Virus record (IMG/VR): IMGVR_UViG_3300019135_000007
Strand: one strand, 5' to 3'
From: a virus
Length of the DNA: 48,086 nucleotides
Positions 7,371 through 16,458 of the stretch are shown one piece after another. Under the pieces are notes generated by a model. It saw only the letters and a program-made list of their open reading frames with translations. It was not told where the DNA came from and did no database searches. Numbering within the stretch: the stretch's first letter is position 1; the number at the start of each line of letters is the position of its first letter. The translations under genes and the position numbers were made by a program.

Positions 7371-7805
7371 TTATTTCTTTTCCCATTCATTCAAAAGTGC
7401 TTCTATAGCTTCATTGATAAACATGGTTTTAAACCCTCTTTTACCTTTTGTAAGTTTATCCAATCTTCTAAGCAGGTCTTTTCTGAACAGGAAAGTGGTT
7501 CTTTGGTGAGTATCTTCTACAGTCTGTCTTTTTGTTTTTTCTTCATACTTATCAAGTATTGTATTCCTTACATGTTGTAATGTAACAGTTTCAGTATTAC
7601 TTGTTTGTGCTACATCTTCCTGATTAGTATTACTTGTTTGTGCTACATCTTCCTGATTAGTATTACTTGTTTGTGCTACATGTTTCTGTTCAGTATTACT
7701 TAAACCTGTTACATCATCATTTTTAGTGTTATGTCCTACTGATACATTTTCCTTGTGAGAAAACTTATTAAATACATTGGAAAGGTTTTTATTTGCTCTT
7801 GCCAT
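7371..7805 (-). CDS. Ribbon-helix-helix centromere-binding protein candidate (ParG/ParR-like partner of ParA)
   Basis: 144 aa, 4 nt downstream of parA. The C-terminus RTTFLFRKDLLRRLDKL...KTMFINEAIEALL fits an RHH fold. The N-terminus carries tandem QTSNTNQEDVA repeats. Confidence 0.6.
   Translation of the reverse strand: MARANKNLSNVFNKFSHKENVSVGHNTKNDDVTGLSNTEQKHVAQTSNTNQEDVAQTSNTNQEDVAQTSNTETVTLQHVRNTILDKYEEKTKRQTVEDTHQRTTFLFRKDLLRRLDKLTKGKRGFKTMFINEAIEALLNEWEKK
7593..7715. repeat. 33-bp tandem repeat inside the RHH gene (two exact copies plus about 1.5 diverged copies)
   Basis: agtattacttgtttgtgctacatcttcctgatt is identical at 7593-7625 and 7626-7658, followed by diverging copies. Confidence 0.9.
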
Positions 7806-7809
7806 AGGA

Positions 7810-8604
7810 TTACACCCTTTCTTTAGTTTCTAATACTTCTTTGATTAACTCATAATAAGCATAAACTATAGGATTTTTAGCATCTGTCCATACTGCAGGT
7901 TTACCTTCATAAGCAGTAGAGTTAGCAAATCTGATTGACTTTGGTATAATGGTTTCATACATGGTAATATCTTGTTCTAAACAATACTTTCTAGCTTGTT
8001 GAAGCATTTCACTATGCAGATGGGTTCTACTATCTACCATCATGCCCACAACTCCTGCCACTTCTAGTTGTGGGTTTAAATTTTTTCTGAAGTCCTCAAT
8101 AGCTTCTAAAACCCTGACTAAACCCTTCACTCCAAACATTTCAGGTACAAATGGAATAATGACCTTATCAGCCACTGCTAAAGCATTTCCAGTAGGTAGT
8201 CCCATGCTTGGGGGAGTATCAATCAGTATGTAGTCATAGTGGTGTCTGATACTCTCAATGCCCTGTTTTAAAAGTTGGAATGGTAGTGGGTATTTATCCT
8301 GATGGGGCAGAACATCAAACTCCAAGAAACTCATATCTTCATTAGCAGGTAATAAGTCTAGGTTTTCATCTACTGAAATGATTACTTCATCTGTCCTTGC
8401 CCCACCCATAAGAACATCATAGATGGTGTTCATAATCTCACTGGGGTTCAATCCAAAGGCAATAGAACTGTTTCCCTGACCATCAGTATCAATGATAAGC
8501 ACCTTCTTGTTATATTCCCTAGAAAGAACTCCTGCAAGGTTGGAAACAAGGCTTGTCTTACCTACACCACCTTTATTCATAGCAATAGCATATGTAACAG
8601 TCAT
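7810..8604 (-). CDS. parA: ParA/Soj-type partition ATPase (small type Ib)
   Basis: 264 aa; deviant Walker A NKGGVGKTS and Walker B-like region ILIDTPPS. Confidence 0.9.
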   Translation of the reverse strand: MTVTYAIAMNKGGVGKTSLVSNLAGVLSREYNKKVLIIDTDGQGNSSIAFGLNPSEIMNTIYDVLMGGARTDEVIISVDENLDLLPANEDMSFLEFDVLPHQDKYPLPFQLLKQGIESIRHHYDYILIDTPPSMGLPTGNALAVADKVIIPFVPEMFGVKGLVRVLEAIEDFRKNLNPQLEVAGVVGMMVDSRTHLHSEMLQQARKYCLEQDITMYETIIPKSIRFANSTAYEGKPAVWTDAKNPIVYAYYELIKEVLETKERV

Positions 8605-8640
8605 ATGAACACCCTTTCATATTTAGTAATATTTATTAAT

Positions 8641-8670
8641 ATTATATATTATGTAATAATAAAATGTAAA
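8641..8670 (-). promoter_or_regulatory. Probable par operon promoter in a TAATAT-rich region (possible autoregulatory operator)
   Basis: -35 TTTACA (8665-8670), 18 nt, -10 TATAAT (8641-8646). Confidence 0.5.
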
Positions 8671-8686
8671 CATTTTAATATTAAGT

Positions 8687-8710
8687 AAAAAAGAACTCTT
8701 TTCAGAGTTC
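8687..8710 (-). terminator. Rho-independent terminator overlapping the stop of 8702..9316
   Basis: Minus sense GAACTCT-GAAA-AGAGTTC followed by TTTTTT. Confidence 0.75.
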
Positions 8711-9316
8711 TTCAGGCTCAATTTCCATAGTATCTAGCTTGTCTGAACCACAATAATGACACTTCCCTGCCTTCATATCTACACTTTCTCCACATTCCAA
8801 ACAGTATCTATCTAATGTTGCCTTGGGCTTCCCCATCAATTCATCCAGTGTAGTTCCTAGGATTCCAGCATATCCTTCAAACTTATCTTCTGCCCCATTT
8901 CCTCTTTCCATTTGGTAGACATATGGAGTAGAAACCTCAAGCCATTCTGCCACTTCTTGTGCAGTCTTGTTCTTTTTCTTTCTTAACTCTTTTAAAGCCT
9001 TGCCCCACTTTTTCTTGTTATCTTTCAGTTCCTGTTGAGCATCCAGTCTATCTGCAGATGTTTCAATCTTAATATCCTGTACTTCAGGGATGTATTGGAA
9101 CAAATTCTCTACTGTTGTTTCATAGATATGTGCAATAGCAAAAGCAGTTTCTAACTGGATGTTGGTATATCCCTCTACCCCTCTTTCAATTCTGCTGTAA
9201 TGATTGTCAGAGATACCTAACCCTAACTGTCTTAATCTTAATGCCACATCCTTTTGTGTCCATCTTCTTTCATTTCTCAATCTTGTTAATTCCCATGTAT
9301 TAGGTCTGATAGCCAT
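8702..9316 (-). CDS. Double XRE-HTH protein with a C-terminal zinc ribbon
   Basis: Two HTH units (WTQKDVALRLRQLGLGISDNHYSRIERG and KTAQEVAEWLEVSTPYVYQMERG) plus CLECG...CHYCG. Its start abuts the recombinase stop (TAAATG). Confidence 0.75.
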   Translation of the reverse strand: MAIRPNTWELTRLRNERRWTQKDVALRLRQLGLGISDNHYSRIERGVEGYTNIQLETAFAIAHIYETTVENLFQYIPEVQDIKIETSADRLDAQQELKDNKKKWGKALKELRKKKNKTAQEVAEWLEVSTPYVYQMERGNGAEDKFEGYAGILGTTLDELMGKPKATLDRYCLECGESVDMKAGKCHYCGSDKLDTMEIEPEEL

Positions 9317-10117
9317 TTAAGACACCTTCCTTTTTAAATTGTTATTTGCTCTGCCCCAAACTTGTTTGGATACTATTGGTTCAAAGTTAAGATTGATAAG
9401 TTCACCATTGTAGATATATCTGCCACAGTAAAGTTCATTCTTCAGGATTTTATTTACACTGTTATGTGTCCATTCCTCACCTTTACTGTTTCTGTATCCT
9501 TCCTGATTGAGCCTGTCAGCAACCTTTCTGATGGATAGACCATCAAAGGCTACCCAGTGGAATATTTTCTTTACCACCTTGGCTTCTTCAGGGATGATTT
9601 CTAGTTGGTTTTCTTCAGTCACCTTGTATCCATAAGGTTTTCTGCTAATGTAGTGACCTTCCCTTAATTTAGCCATCTTTGCAGGCTGTACCCTATTCTT
9701 GATGTTGTCCCTTTCTTGTTCTGCAAATATCCCTAGGAGTTGAAAGGCTAGTTTTCCCACTGGTGTATCTGTATCCAAATCCAAATCACCAATATAGATG
9801 GATGCTCCTAGCTGATTGATTTCATGCTTGGTATTAAGGGCAATCCTTAAATCCCTTGAAAATCTGTCTGCCTTGTAAACATAAACAGTGTCTACTGGGT
9901 TTTCCTTTATAAACTCCATCATTCTCTTGAGTTCAGTTCTATCTTCCTTTGCCCCACTCTCACCTTTTTCAATGAAGTGTTCAATAATTTCATAACCTTT
10001 GTAGACTGCCCATCTATGAGCCTGATTTACTTGGTCATCTAAAGAAATTCCCTTCACTTGGTCTTGAGTGGATACCCTTGCATAGACAACTGCTCTTTTT
10101 AACTCTTGTTCTAGCAT
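9317..10117 (-). CDS. Serine recombinase (resolvase catalytic domain plus partial 'recombinase' domain, 266 aa)
   Basis: VVYARVSTQDQ nucleophile motif and YVYKADRFSRD. The KPYGYKV...IRKVADRLNQEGY segment is typical of large serine recombinases, but there is no zinc-ribbon or coiled-coil domain. Confidence 0.9.
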   Translation of the reverse strand: MLEQELKRAVVYARVSTQDQVKGISLDDQVNQAHRWAVYKGYEIIEHFIEKGESGAKEDRTELKRMMEFIKENPVDTVYVYKADRFSRDLRIALNTKHEINQLGASIYIGDLDLDTDTPVGKLAFQLLGIFAEQERDNIKNRVQPAKMAKLREGHYISRKPYGYKVTEENQLEIIPEEAKVVKKIFHWVAFDGLSIRKVADRLNQEGYRNSKGEEWTHNSVNKILKNELYCGRYIYNGELINLNFEPIVSKQVWGRANNNLKRKVS

Positions 10118-10149
10118 TGTTATCCCCCTCTATATTGTTTTGCTACTTT

Positions 10150-10178
10150 TATAATAATATTATTATAGTCTAATGTCA
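10150..10178 (-). promoter_or_regulatory. Sigma-A type promoter for the recombinase operon
   Basis: -35 TTGACA (10173-10178), 17 nt, -10 TATTAT (10150-10155), then the AGCAAAACAATATAGAGGGGGA leader. Confidence 0.7.
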
Positions 10179-10185
10179 ACAAAAA

Positions 10186-10226
10186 AATTAAAAAAGAAAG
10201 GGCTAGGGATTATTGTTCCCTGCCCT
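10186..10226 (-). terminator. Imperfect hairpin plus T-run after the lysis cassette
   Basis: Minus sense AGGGCAGGGA-ACAATAA-TCCCTAGCCCT followed by TTCTTTTTT. Confidence 0.5.
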
Positions 10227-10572
10227 ATTGTTTTGCCTTTTCTTCTCTGATAATTTTTTCTACCTGCATTTTAAAATCTACTGCAGTGTAAGGGAGATTG
10301 TGCTTCTTCATTTGAGCATCAAATACCTCCATAGCCCTTTGTAGCTTTAAAGCACCATGCTCCTTAAGTTTGTCCCCAAACTCCCTTTCCACATATTCAT
10401 AGACATCCCTGCTGACCTTTTCTAGCATCATATATTGCTCATTAGTGGTCTTTGCCTTAATGTATGCCTTAACTTTAGCTACTGCCATGCCCATTAAAGA
10501 CATAACAGTGAGGGTAATGATTTCAACAAGGTTATCTATAATGACCTTAATGATTTCTTCCATTTCTGTCAC
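10225..10572 (-). CDS. Holin-like protein (LL-H-type architecture: one N-terminal TM segment plus a charged tail)
   Basis: 115 aa; hydrophobic segment LVEIITLTVMSLMGMAVA; sits next to the endolysin. Confidence 0.5.
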   Translation of the reverse strand: MTEMEEIIKVIIDNLVEIITLTVMSLMGMAVAKVKAYIKAKTTNEQYMMLEKVSRDVYEYVEREFGDKLKEHGALKLQRAMEVFDAQMKKHNLPYTAVDFKMQVEKIIREEKAKQ

Positions 10573-10596
10573 CTCTACAATGAATAAACTGTAAGT

Positions 10597-11436
10597 TTAC
10601 TTTACCCTGATTTTCTGCCCTATCTGTAGTGCAGTGGCTTTGATGTTAGGGTTTAGTGCTTCTAGCTTTGCTACAGTAGTTTTGAATCTTTCAGCTATAG
10701 ACCAAAGGGTATCCCCTTTTTGAATCACATAGTATTTCTGTGGCTTCAGGTAAACTTTATCACCTATCTGTAGAGCCTTTGCCTTCAAATGAGGGTTTAA
10801 TTCCTCAAGTTGGGTTACAGAAATATTGTATTTTTGTGAAATGCCCCAAAGTGTATCTCCTTTTTGGATAATATGATAGTCCTTGGATGGGGCAGGTTTA
10901 GGCTCCACCTTTTTAGGTGGATTTAGCTTTTCCTGAACCGTTTTCTTAAATCTTTCAAATTCTTTAGGGTTCTTCACCCACCCTGCAGGGCAATTTTTCC
11001 CTGTAATGTCAAAATGCCTGTAAAGATTTTTAGCACTCAAGCCAAATAGCTTGCATAGCTGAACTACAATATCCACTGTATTTTGGAATGTTTTTTCAGT
11101 GATATTCATGTTAGCATCTACACACATTTCTACCCCAATGGTTGTGAAGTTGGCATTATCACCAAGTTCCTTAGGGTAGCACCTGCCCCCATCATTTGCA
11201 TGATAGGCTACTTCATCAAAAGGAATAAGCTGAATGGCTTCCTTTTCATCCACTGCAATATGTGCAGAAGCATACCTTTCCTGTCTAATACAAGTCCCAT
11301 CAAAGTAGTCTCTAATATTTTTAGCAGAAGCCCTAGGAGATGCAGTATAATGAAGAACAATTCCCTTTACTCCCTTTAGCTTCCTAGCAGGTCTAGTGTA
11401 TTTATTTACCCTGATAAAGTCCTTTTTAATTATCAT
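10597..11436 (-). CDS. Endolysin: N-acetylmuramoyl-L-alanine amidase (Amidase_2/PGRP) with two C-terminal LysM domains
   Basis: IVLHYTASP and RHFDITGKNCPAGW motifs. Two LysM repeats (YHIIQKGDTLWGISQKYNISV..., YYVIQKGDTLWSIAERFKTTV...). Confidence 0.9.
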   Translation of the reverse strand: MIIKKDFIRVNKYTRPARKLKGVKGIVLHYTASPRASAKNIRDYFDGTCIRQERYASAHIAVDEKEAIQLIPFDEVAYHANDGGRCYPKELGDNANFTTIGVEMCVDANMNITEKTFQNTVDIVVQLCKLFGLSAKNLYRHFDITGKNCPAGWVKNPKEFERFKKTVQEKLNPPKKVEPKPAPSKDYHIIQKGDTLWGISQKYNISVTQLEELNPHLKAKALQIGDKVYLKPQKYYVIQKGDTLWSIAERFKTTVAKLEALNPNIKATALQIGQKIRVK

Positions 11437-11731
11437 CTTTTATCCCTCCCTGACCTTCAGGAAAGACATTTTTCTTAATATTTTTGACCTCATGCCACAA
11501 TCTTGTCTGCCCTTCCTGTAGTTCTTTAAGTTGTTCTTTAATGCCAACAAGGGTAGTGGCTACTTCCCTCAAGGTGTTGGCTTGGTTTTCAATCATTTTG
11601 GACTGATTATTAACCAATGTGTGCATCATTCTTAATATGAAAATGGCAAATACAACTGTTAAGGCAGTACCTAGACCATAGTTAAGCAATTCTGTAAGTG
11701 GCAAACCTGCCAAAACATCTAACATTTTCAT
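11426..11731 (-). CDS. XhlA-like / holin-associated membrane protein
   Basis: ORF 11426..11818 starts on TTG inside a terminator and promoter. The realistic start is MKMLDV (ATG at 11731 or 11725) after GGGGGGTG. It has one TM segment (LGTALTVVFAIFILRMM) plus a coiled coil. Confidence 0.5.
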   Translation of the reverse strand: MKMLDVLAGLPLTELLNYGLGTALTVVFAIFILRMMHTLVNNQSKMIENQANTLREVATTLVGIKEQLKELQEGQTRLWHEVKNIKKNVFPEGQGGIKDDN

Positions 11732-11741
11732 CACCCCCCTA

Positions 11742-11753
11742 TTAAATAGTTCC
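11742..11753 (-). promoter_or_regulatory. Late-type upstream motif (GGAACTATTTAA) ahead of the lysis cassette
   Basis: Minus sense CAGGAACTATTTAATAGGGGGGTGATGAAAATG. Confidence 0.4.
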
Positions 11754-11772
11754 TGTTTGTATGAGTTAGGGC

Positions 11773-11797
11773 AAAAAAAAGAAGGGCTATTGCCCTT
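11773..11797 (-). terminator. Rho-independent terminator between the tail and lysis modules
   Basis: Minus sense AAGGGC-AATA-GCCCTT followed by CTTTTTTTT. Confidence 0.75.
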
Positions 11798-11937
11798 TGC
11801 TGTTGAGTTTTTGCTCAAGTTTTACAACCCTTTCCTCTAGCCTTTCAATGTATTCCATCAAGTTTGTAAGGTTCTTAAACTTTTTCTTCAAGCTGTGCTT
11901 CTTAAGTTCTTCTTCCCTTTTTCCTCTAGGGATTGGT

Positions 11938-12381
11938 TTATTGTTGACTTGTATTTTCTGCACCCTTCTTCACCACCCTATAAACCTTAATTTCTGCCTG
12001 CTCTAGACTATTTGAGCCTTTAGGGATAAGAATGGATGCTAACATGTATTTTAATTTATCTACTCCCTCATAACAGGCAACTACCTCTGAACCTACCTCT
12101 GTCCTGTCTACATGAACTGCCTGTCCACTATCAGAAGGTAGGTCTAGTAAGTAAACATCATAAATAACATCAAAATCAGGGTCAGGCACTATATCAAAAG
12201 AGAAGGCAGGGTATTCATCAGTTTCTATGTGTTTTTCCATCTTATCTGTATCATAATTATATACCCCATACTCCATATAAAACTTTCCTTCTGTAAAGGT
12301 TATTTCTGATAAAGAAGGGGTGGAGATTTCCAACCCCTCTATCCAGTAATTATCTGTTTCTGTTGTAATTGTATTTATCAT
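11938..12381 (-). CDS. Hypothetical tail-associated protein (147 aa)
   Basis: ORF track; immediately downstream of the 1270-aa tail protein; acidic. Confidence 0.55.
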   Translation of the reverse strand: MINTITTETDNYWIEGLEISTPSLSEITFTEGKFYMEYGVYNYDTDKMEKHIETDEYPAFSFDIVPDPDFDVIYDVYLLDLPSDSGQAVHVDRTEVGSEVVACYEGVDKLKYMLASILIPKGSNSLEQAEIKVYRVVKKGAENTSQQ

Positions 12382-12396
12382 CTTCTACTCCCTCCA

Positions 12397-15300
12397 TTAA
12401 ATCCTCTTGCCACAAGCCACAACCTGAACCTGAATGGAATGGGTAAATGCCCCACCATCAACATCATGCAGATACACCCTTGCCCCTGTTGATGAAAGAT
12501 TGTAGATAGAAGCAGTATATCTGTAGGAATTAACATTCACTGCAGTAGCTAGACACCATATTGGAGTTGCACTAAAAGCAACTGGGAAGTTAAAATCTGC
12601 AAAGGAGTATTTAGCATTACTGAAATTTACTGTTACTATGATGTTTTGTATCATCATCAAATCATCATGATTAGAACCATCCCTGACAGAAAGCATGTTG
12701 TAGCCATTTGGATACTTATATCTTGGCATTTGCAGGTATCTAGTAGTTGCATCAAAAATCCACTTATCCCCTATACTATTGTTGATAGTGACATTCCCAC
12801 CATCAGGGTTTAAATGAAGGGTTCCTACCCCTCCACTACTGAAGGCTGAAAGTTCATTGGTATCCATTTTTAAACTGTTGCCTGTTGTGGCATTACCAAT
12901 AACAAACCCTACCCCCTGTGATGTCCCTGAAACATCATCTGTTGTAGGGATAAGGAGGTTGATATGGCTGGCTTCAATGGTTCCTGCTTTAACTTTTCCC
13001 CAAGTATTGATGGAAGGGTACTTATCCAACCCCCTTCTCATAATCCAAATATTATCTTCTGAATCATATACATGGGCTTGCTCACTCTCTACCACTTGGA
13101 CACCATCAATTTCCACCCAGTTTGAGTTGGTTGTTTTAATTTCAATTTCTGCCCAGTATTCCATATAGTTGGAAAGAGCATTTGGAGCCATAACCCCTTC
13201 ATATACAAACCTTCTAACTGCTCCATCCTGCCATAGTGGGGCAGAAAAGTTTTGAGTGTAGGATTGAACTAAAAACCCTTCTCCATAGAAGGAAACCTTT
13301 AATTGTGGGATACCTACATTGGATTGAGAAGTATTGTAGTTAGAAAACTTGGCATGGAAAGAGATAGAATACTTTCTGTTAGGTCTTACTTGAAAGGCTT
13401 GTTTAACATAGTTGGCACTATTTACTGCAACTGCCTGATTTCCAAATGGGGCAGTGGAAGCCACATCAGTTTGAAGATTACTGTTTAATCTTGGATTTCC
13501 TACTGTTGCCCATTGATACCATAGGTCTGATTGTGCAGGAATAGCAAAATACCCATTAGAATCTACTGAACCTGTCCCCTCAATCATTTCAAAGGAGTGG
13601 TCAACAATCAGATTAGTTTTAGGACTTAACCTATACTTATGACCTGCTGAATTGCTATCCTCAAGAGTAAAGCTACCATCCTTAACATTCACACCATTTT
13701 TATTAATGGTTGTAACTGCCCCATTAGTTCCCACTGTTATACCATTAGAGTTAATGGTAATTTCAGATGTGTTAGACTGGACAGATACTAGGTCAGCATT
13801 AAGTGTCCCTGCCTTAATAACTTGGGCATTTAACCCTGCAGTAGCAATATGAGAAGTCTGAATGGCACCTGCTACAATCTTATCTGCAGTAACAGAGTTG
13901 GAAGCTAATTCATTGGCAGTCAGGGTTCCTGAAGCTATCTTATTGGCAGTAATAGTCCTTGAAGCTATTTGGTTAGCAGTGACAGTACCAGTGTAAATAT
14001 CCCCACCATCAATATAAGTGGTATTAGAATATTTCCACCCATCCACTAAACTCTTTGTGTCACTGTATTGAGTGTCTGCATAGCTTTTTGCATTATTTTC
14101 TGCAGTATCAATCATCCCTTTTGTTTCAGAAGGCATTTCCACTACTTTAGGGTTAGCTACCCATACATTTTTAGCTACTCCATTATTATAGAAGTTAAGC
14201 CATCTAACCCTAATGTATTTGGTATTAGGGAGCATCCTAGCAGAGTGGGTAATATTCTCACCCAATCCCTTGAATTTAGATAGGTCTGTGCCTGCAGGCA
14301 TTATATAGGCAGTCCTCTTAATCCAAGTGTTGATAGGGTCATTATCACCACTCCAAAAGTAAGGGTTAGTGTTTTTTGTAGCTAATGTAGTGTCACTGAT
14401 ATTGACCATATCAATACCAATATTTTCTTGTGAAGCATCATAGCCATACAGACCAAAATAATCTGTTCCTCCCAATCCATCAGCCATAAACCAAAATGTA
14501 ACCTCATAGGCTTTGGATGGGTCTACTTCAATAAAATCAGATATGACCATAGTATTTCCACTGGTATATACCTGCTGAACAGGTACTGTTGCACCAAAAA
14601 AGTCCTTATTCACCACTGATAATGGTGAGCCTGTCCATTTGTCTAATGTTCCTGTCTTTGTAGTATTGTTGATAAGGTTGCCATATTTGCTGTCAGCATA
14701 GGTTTTAGCATTATTTTCTGCAGTACTAATCTTGCTATCAGTAGTAGCAGTATCATATGCCCCTATATCAATAGCTTGTGTAGGAGTGGCATATACCCAA
14801 GTGGAACCATCCCATCTTCTCAATCTGTTAGGGTTTACAGAAGTGTCAAGCCAAAAATCATCCACTTGAGGGTTAGATGGGGCAGTAGATTGTCTTGGTA
14901 TTCCTTTTTCTCTGCTTTCTGCAATAGCTTGTGCATTGTTTGCAGTAGTTTCTGCCTGTTGTGCAGTGGCTTCAGCATTTTGAGCAGTATTCAGGGCATT
15001 GGAAGCATCATTTTGTGCCTGTGTTGCTTTATTCTCTGCATTAGTGGCAGTGGTTTCAGCATTAGCTGCTTTATTCTCAATTGCCCCAATTGTGGAGCCT
15101 GTTGTAGTATTAATCAATTCTCCACTAGCTACTTGAATTTGGATAGGGTTGTATTCATCATCTACCACAACCATTGAACCTGCCTGAACTGCAGAACTAT
15201 GATGGACATTATTCAAGGTATTCTGACCTTTTTCTAGCCTCTTAAAGAAGTCAAATAAATCTTTCTTCCTGTTAGCTAATGTGACCTTAATTTGCTCTGT

Positions 15301-16191
15301 TTGATTGTAAGTAACAGAGTAAGAAAGAACCCTCATGGCTTCAGAAATATTATTCTTGAAGTCCTCTACCCAAACCTTATCTCCTACATCAAACATAAAT
15401 AAGCCACTATCAATTTCTGCTTCATAAGAGATAATTTCAGGCTGATTACATTCTTTCCATAATTCATCTGCCCATTTTTCTAGGTCAGCCTGTTTCTTGA
15501 TGCCTTTATCTGTGTAAACATTGACTTTCCTACCCACTCCCCTTGTGGTCTTTAATTGCTTACTTCCATCCCCTGAACCCAAGACAATGATTTTGTCATA
15601 TCTTTGGGCATCAGATTTTTTTACACTCAAGGCAACTAGATTTATCCCTCTCTGAAACCTTACAGTAGAAGTGAGGTCATTACCCACTTCTTTTAGGAAG
15701 TCCACCTTCTTTGTTTCAGGATATAATTTCCACTCCTTGCCCTGCCTGATGGCTAATGTAGTTAGTAGGTCAATGGTCTTTTCAAAATTCTTTTCAAATT
15801 GTGTTACAGGGTCATTAGTTGTGTTCCCTAGAGAATAACCCACATCATTACAAAGGTCAGTAAGGATTGTTCTTTCAGTGGTGTTTTTCCATACCACTCT
15901 ATTTTCATCAATGTATTCTTCCCAGTCCTCTCCATAGCCTGTTCCCTCAAAGTAAAGGGTATCTTCTCTAATATCCATATCTCTAATGATGCCTAAAAAC
16001 ACATCACTGTAGTTCCTGACAATTCTTAAGGTATCACCAATTTTTGGGGCAGATAATTCACTCTCTGCATCCCTTGGAATAGTAAAATAAAAAGTCCCAA
16101 ACTTCATTAACTCTCTTTTATAACTCAATTCAATGAATGGAACCATTTGTGAATTGCTATTTATCCAAATCTCATAGTGTGGTCTAACCAT
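12397..16191 (-). CDS. Tail-associated / receptor-binding protein (Tal-like N-terminus plus fibre-like repeats)
   Basis: ORF 12397..16209; the likely ATG at 16191 (MVRPHYEIW) follows GGGGGTG. Contains an A/T/N/Q coiled segment, a repeated TAENNAK(T/S)YAD motif and ITANKIASGTLTANELASNSVTADKIVAG fibre repeats. Confidence 0.8.
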   Translation of the reverse strand: MVRPHYEIWINSNSQMVPFIELSYKRELMKFGTFYFTIPRDAESELSAPKIGDTLRIVRNYSDVFLGIIRDMDIREDTLYFEGTGYGEDWEEYIDENRVVWKNTTERTILTDLCNDVGYSLGNTTNDPVTQFEKNFEKTIDLLTTLAIRQGKEWKLYPETKKVDFLKEVGNDLTSTVRFQRGINLVALSVKKSDAQRYDKIIVLGSGDGSKQLKTTRGVGRKVNVYTDKGIKKQADLEKWADELWKECNQPEIISYEAEIDSGLFMFDVGDKVWVEDFKNNISEAMRVLSYSVTYNQTEQIKVTLANRKKDLFDFFKRLEKGQNTLNNVHHSSAVQAGSMVVVDDEYNPIQIQVASGELINTTTGSTIGAIENKAANAETTATNAENKATQAQNDASNALNTAQNAEATAQQAETTANNAQAIAESREKGIPRQSTAPSNPQVDDFWLDTSVNPNRLRRWDGSTWVYATPTQAIDIGAYDTATTDSKISTAENNAKTYADSKYGNLINNTTKTGTLDKWTGSPLSVVNKDFFGATVPVQQVYTSGNTMVISDFIEVDPSKAYEVTFWFMADGLGGTDYFGLYGYDASQENIGIDMVNISDTTLATKNTNPYFWSGDNDPINTWIKRTAYIMPAGTDLSKFKGLGENITHSARMLPNTKYIRVRWLNFYNNGVAKNVWVANPKVVEMPSETKGMIDTAENNAKSYADTQYSDTKSLVDGWKYSNTTYIDGGDIYTGTVTANQIASRTITANKIASGTLTANELASNSVTADKIVAGAIQTSHIATAGLNAQVIKAGTLNADLVSVQSNTSEITINSNGITVGTNGAVTTINKNGVNVKDGSFTLEDSNSAGHKYRLSPKTNLIVDHSFEMIEGTGSVDSNGYFAIPAQSDLWYQWATVGNPRLNSNLQTDVASTAPFGNQAVAVNSANYVKQAFQVRPNRKYSISFHAKFSNYNTSQSNVGIPQLKVSFYGEGFLVQSYTQNFSAPLWQDGAVRRFVYEGVMAPNALSNYMEYWAEIEIKTTNSNWVEIDGVQVVESEQAHVYDSEDNIWIMRRGLDKYPSINTWGKVKAGTIEASHINLLIPTTDDVSGTSQGVGFVIGNATTGNSLKMDTNELSAFSSGGVGTLHLNPDGGNVTINNSIGDKWIFDATTRYLQMPRYKYPNGYNMLSVRDGSNHDDLMMIQNIIVTVNFSNAKYSFADFNFPVAFSATPIWCLATAVNVNSYRYTASIYNLSSTGARVYLHDVDGGAFTHSIQVQVVACGKRI

Positions 16192-16210
16192 ACTCCATAA
16201 CACCCCCACA

Positions 16211-16222
16211 TAAATAGTTCAG
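16211..16222 (-). promoter_or_regulatory. Late-type upstream motif (CTGAACTATTTA) ahead of the Tal gene
   Basis: Minus sense ACTGAACTATTTATGTGGGGGTG. Confidence 0.4.
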
Positions 16223-16430
16223 TATTGTATATTGTGGGTTAATGTTATGTAATAATATTATGTAATTGTAATATTGTTACATCATATGTAATACTTAATC
16301 AAAATAAAAATAAGAAAAACTATTCATTAAACCTGTTAAATTTAAAATTAAATGATACATAATACATAAATGTTTACCTCATTTTGTTCATTTTATAATA
16401 ATAGTGTTATGTTTCAGTGCCATGTGAAAC

Positions 16431-16458
16431 AAAAAAAACAAGGGCTTTATTCAAGCCC
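16431..16458 (-). terminator. Rho-independent terminator of the moron
   Basis: Minus sense GGGCTT-GAATA-AAGCCC followed by TTGTTTTTTTT; overlaps the stop codon. Confidence 0.75.

Noticed and set aside
9317-10117. Calling the serine recombinase the prophage integrase
   Set aside because: At 266 aa it lacks the zinc-ribbon and coiled-coil domains needed by large serine integrases, and it sits in a par/rep block. A resolvase or invertase role is more parsimonious, though integration cannot be excluded from sequence alone.
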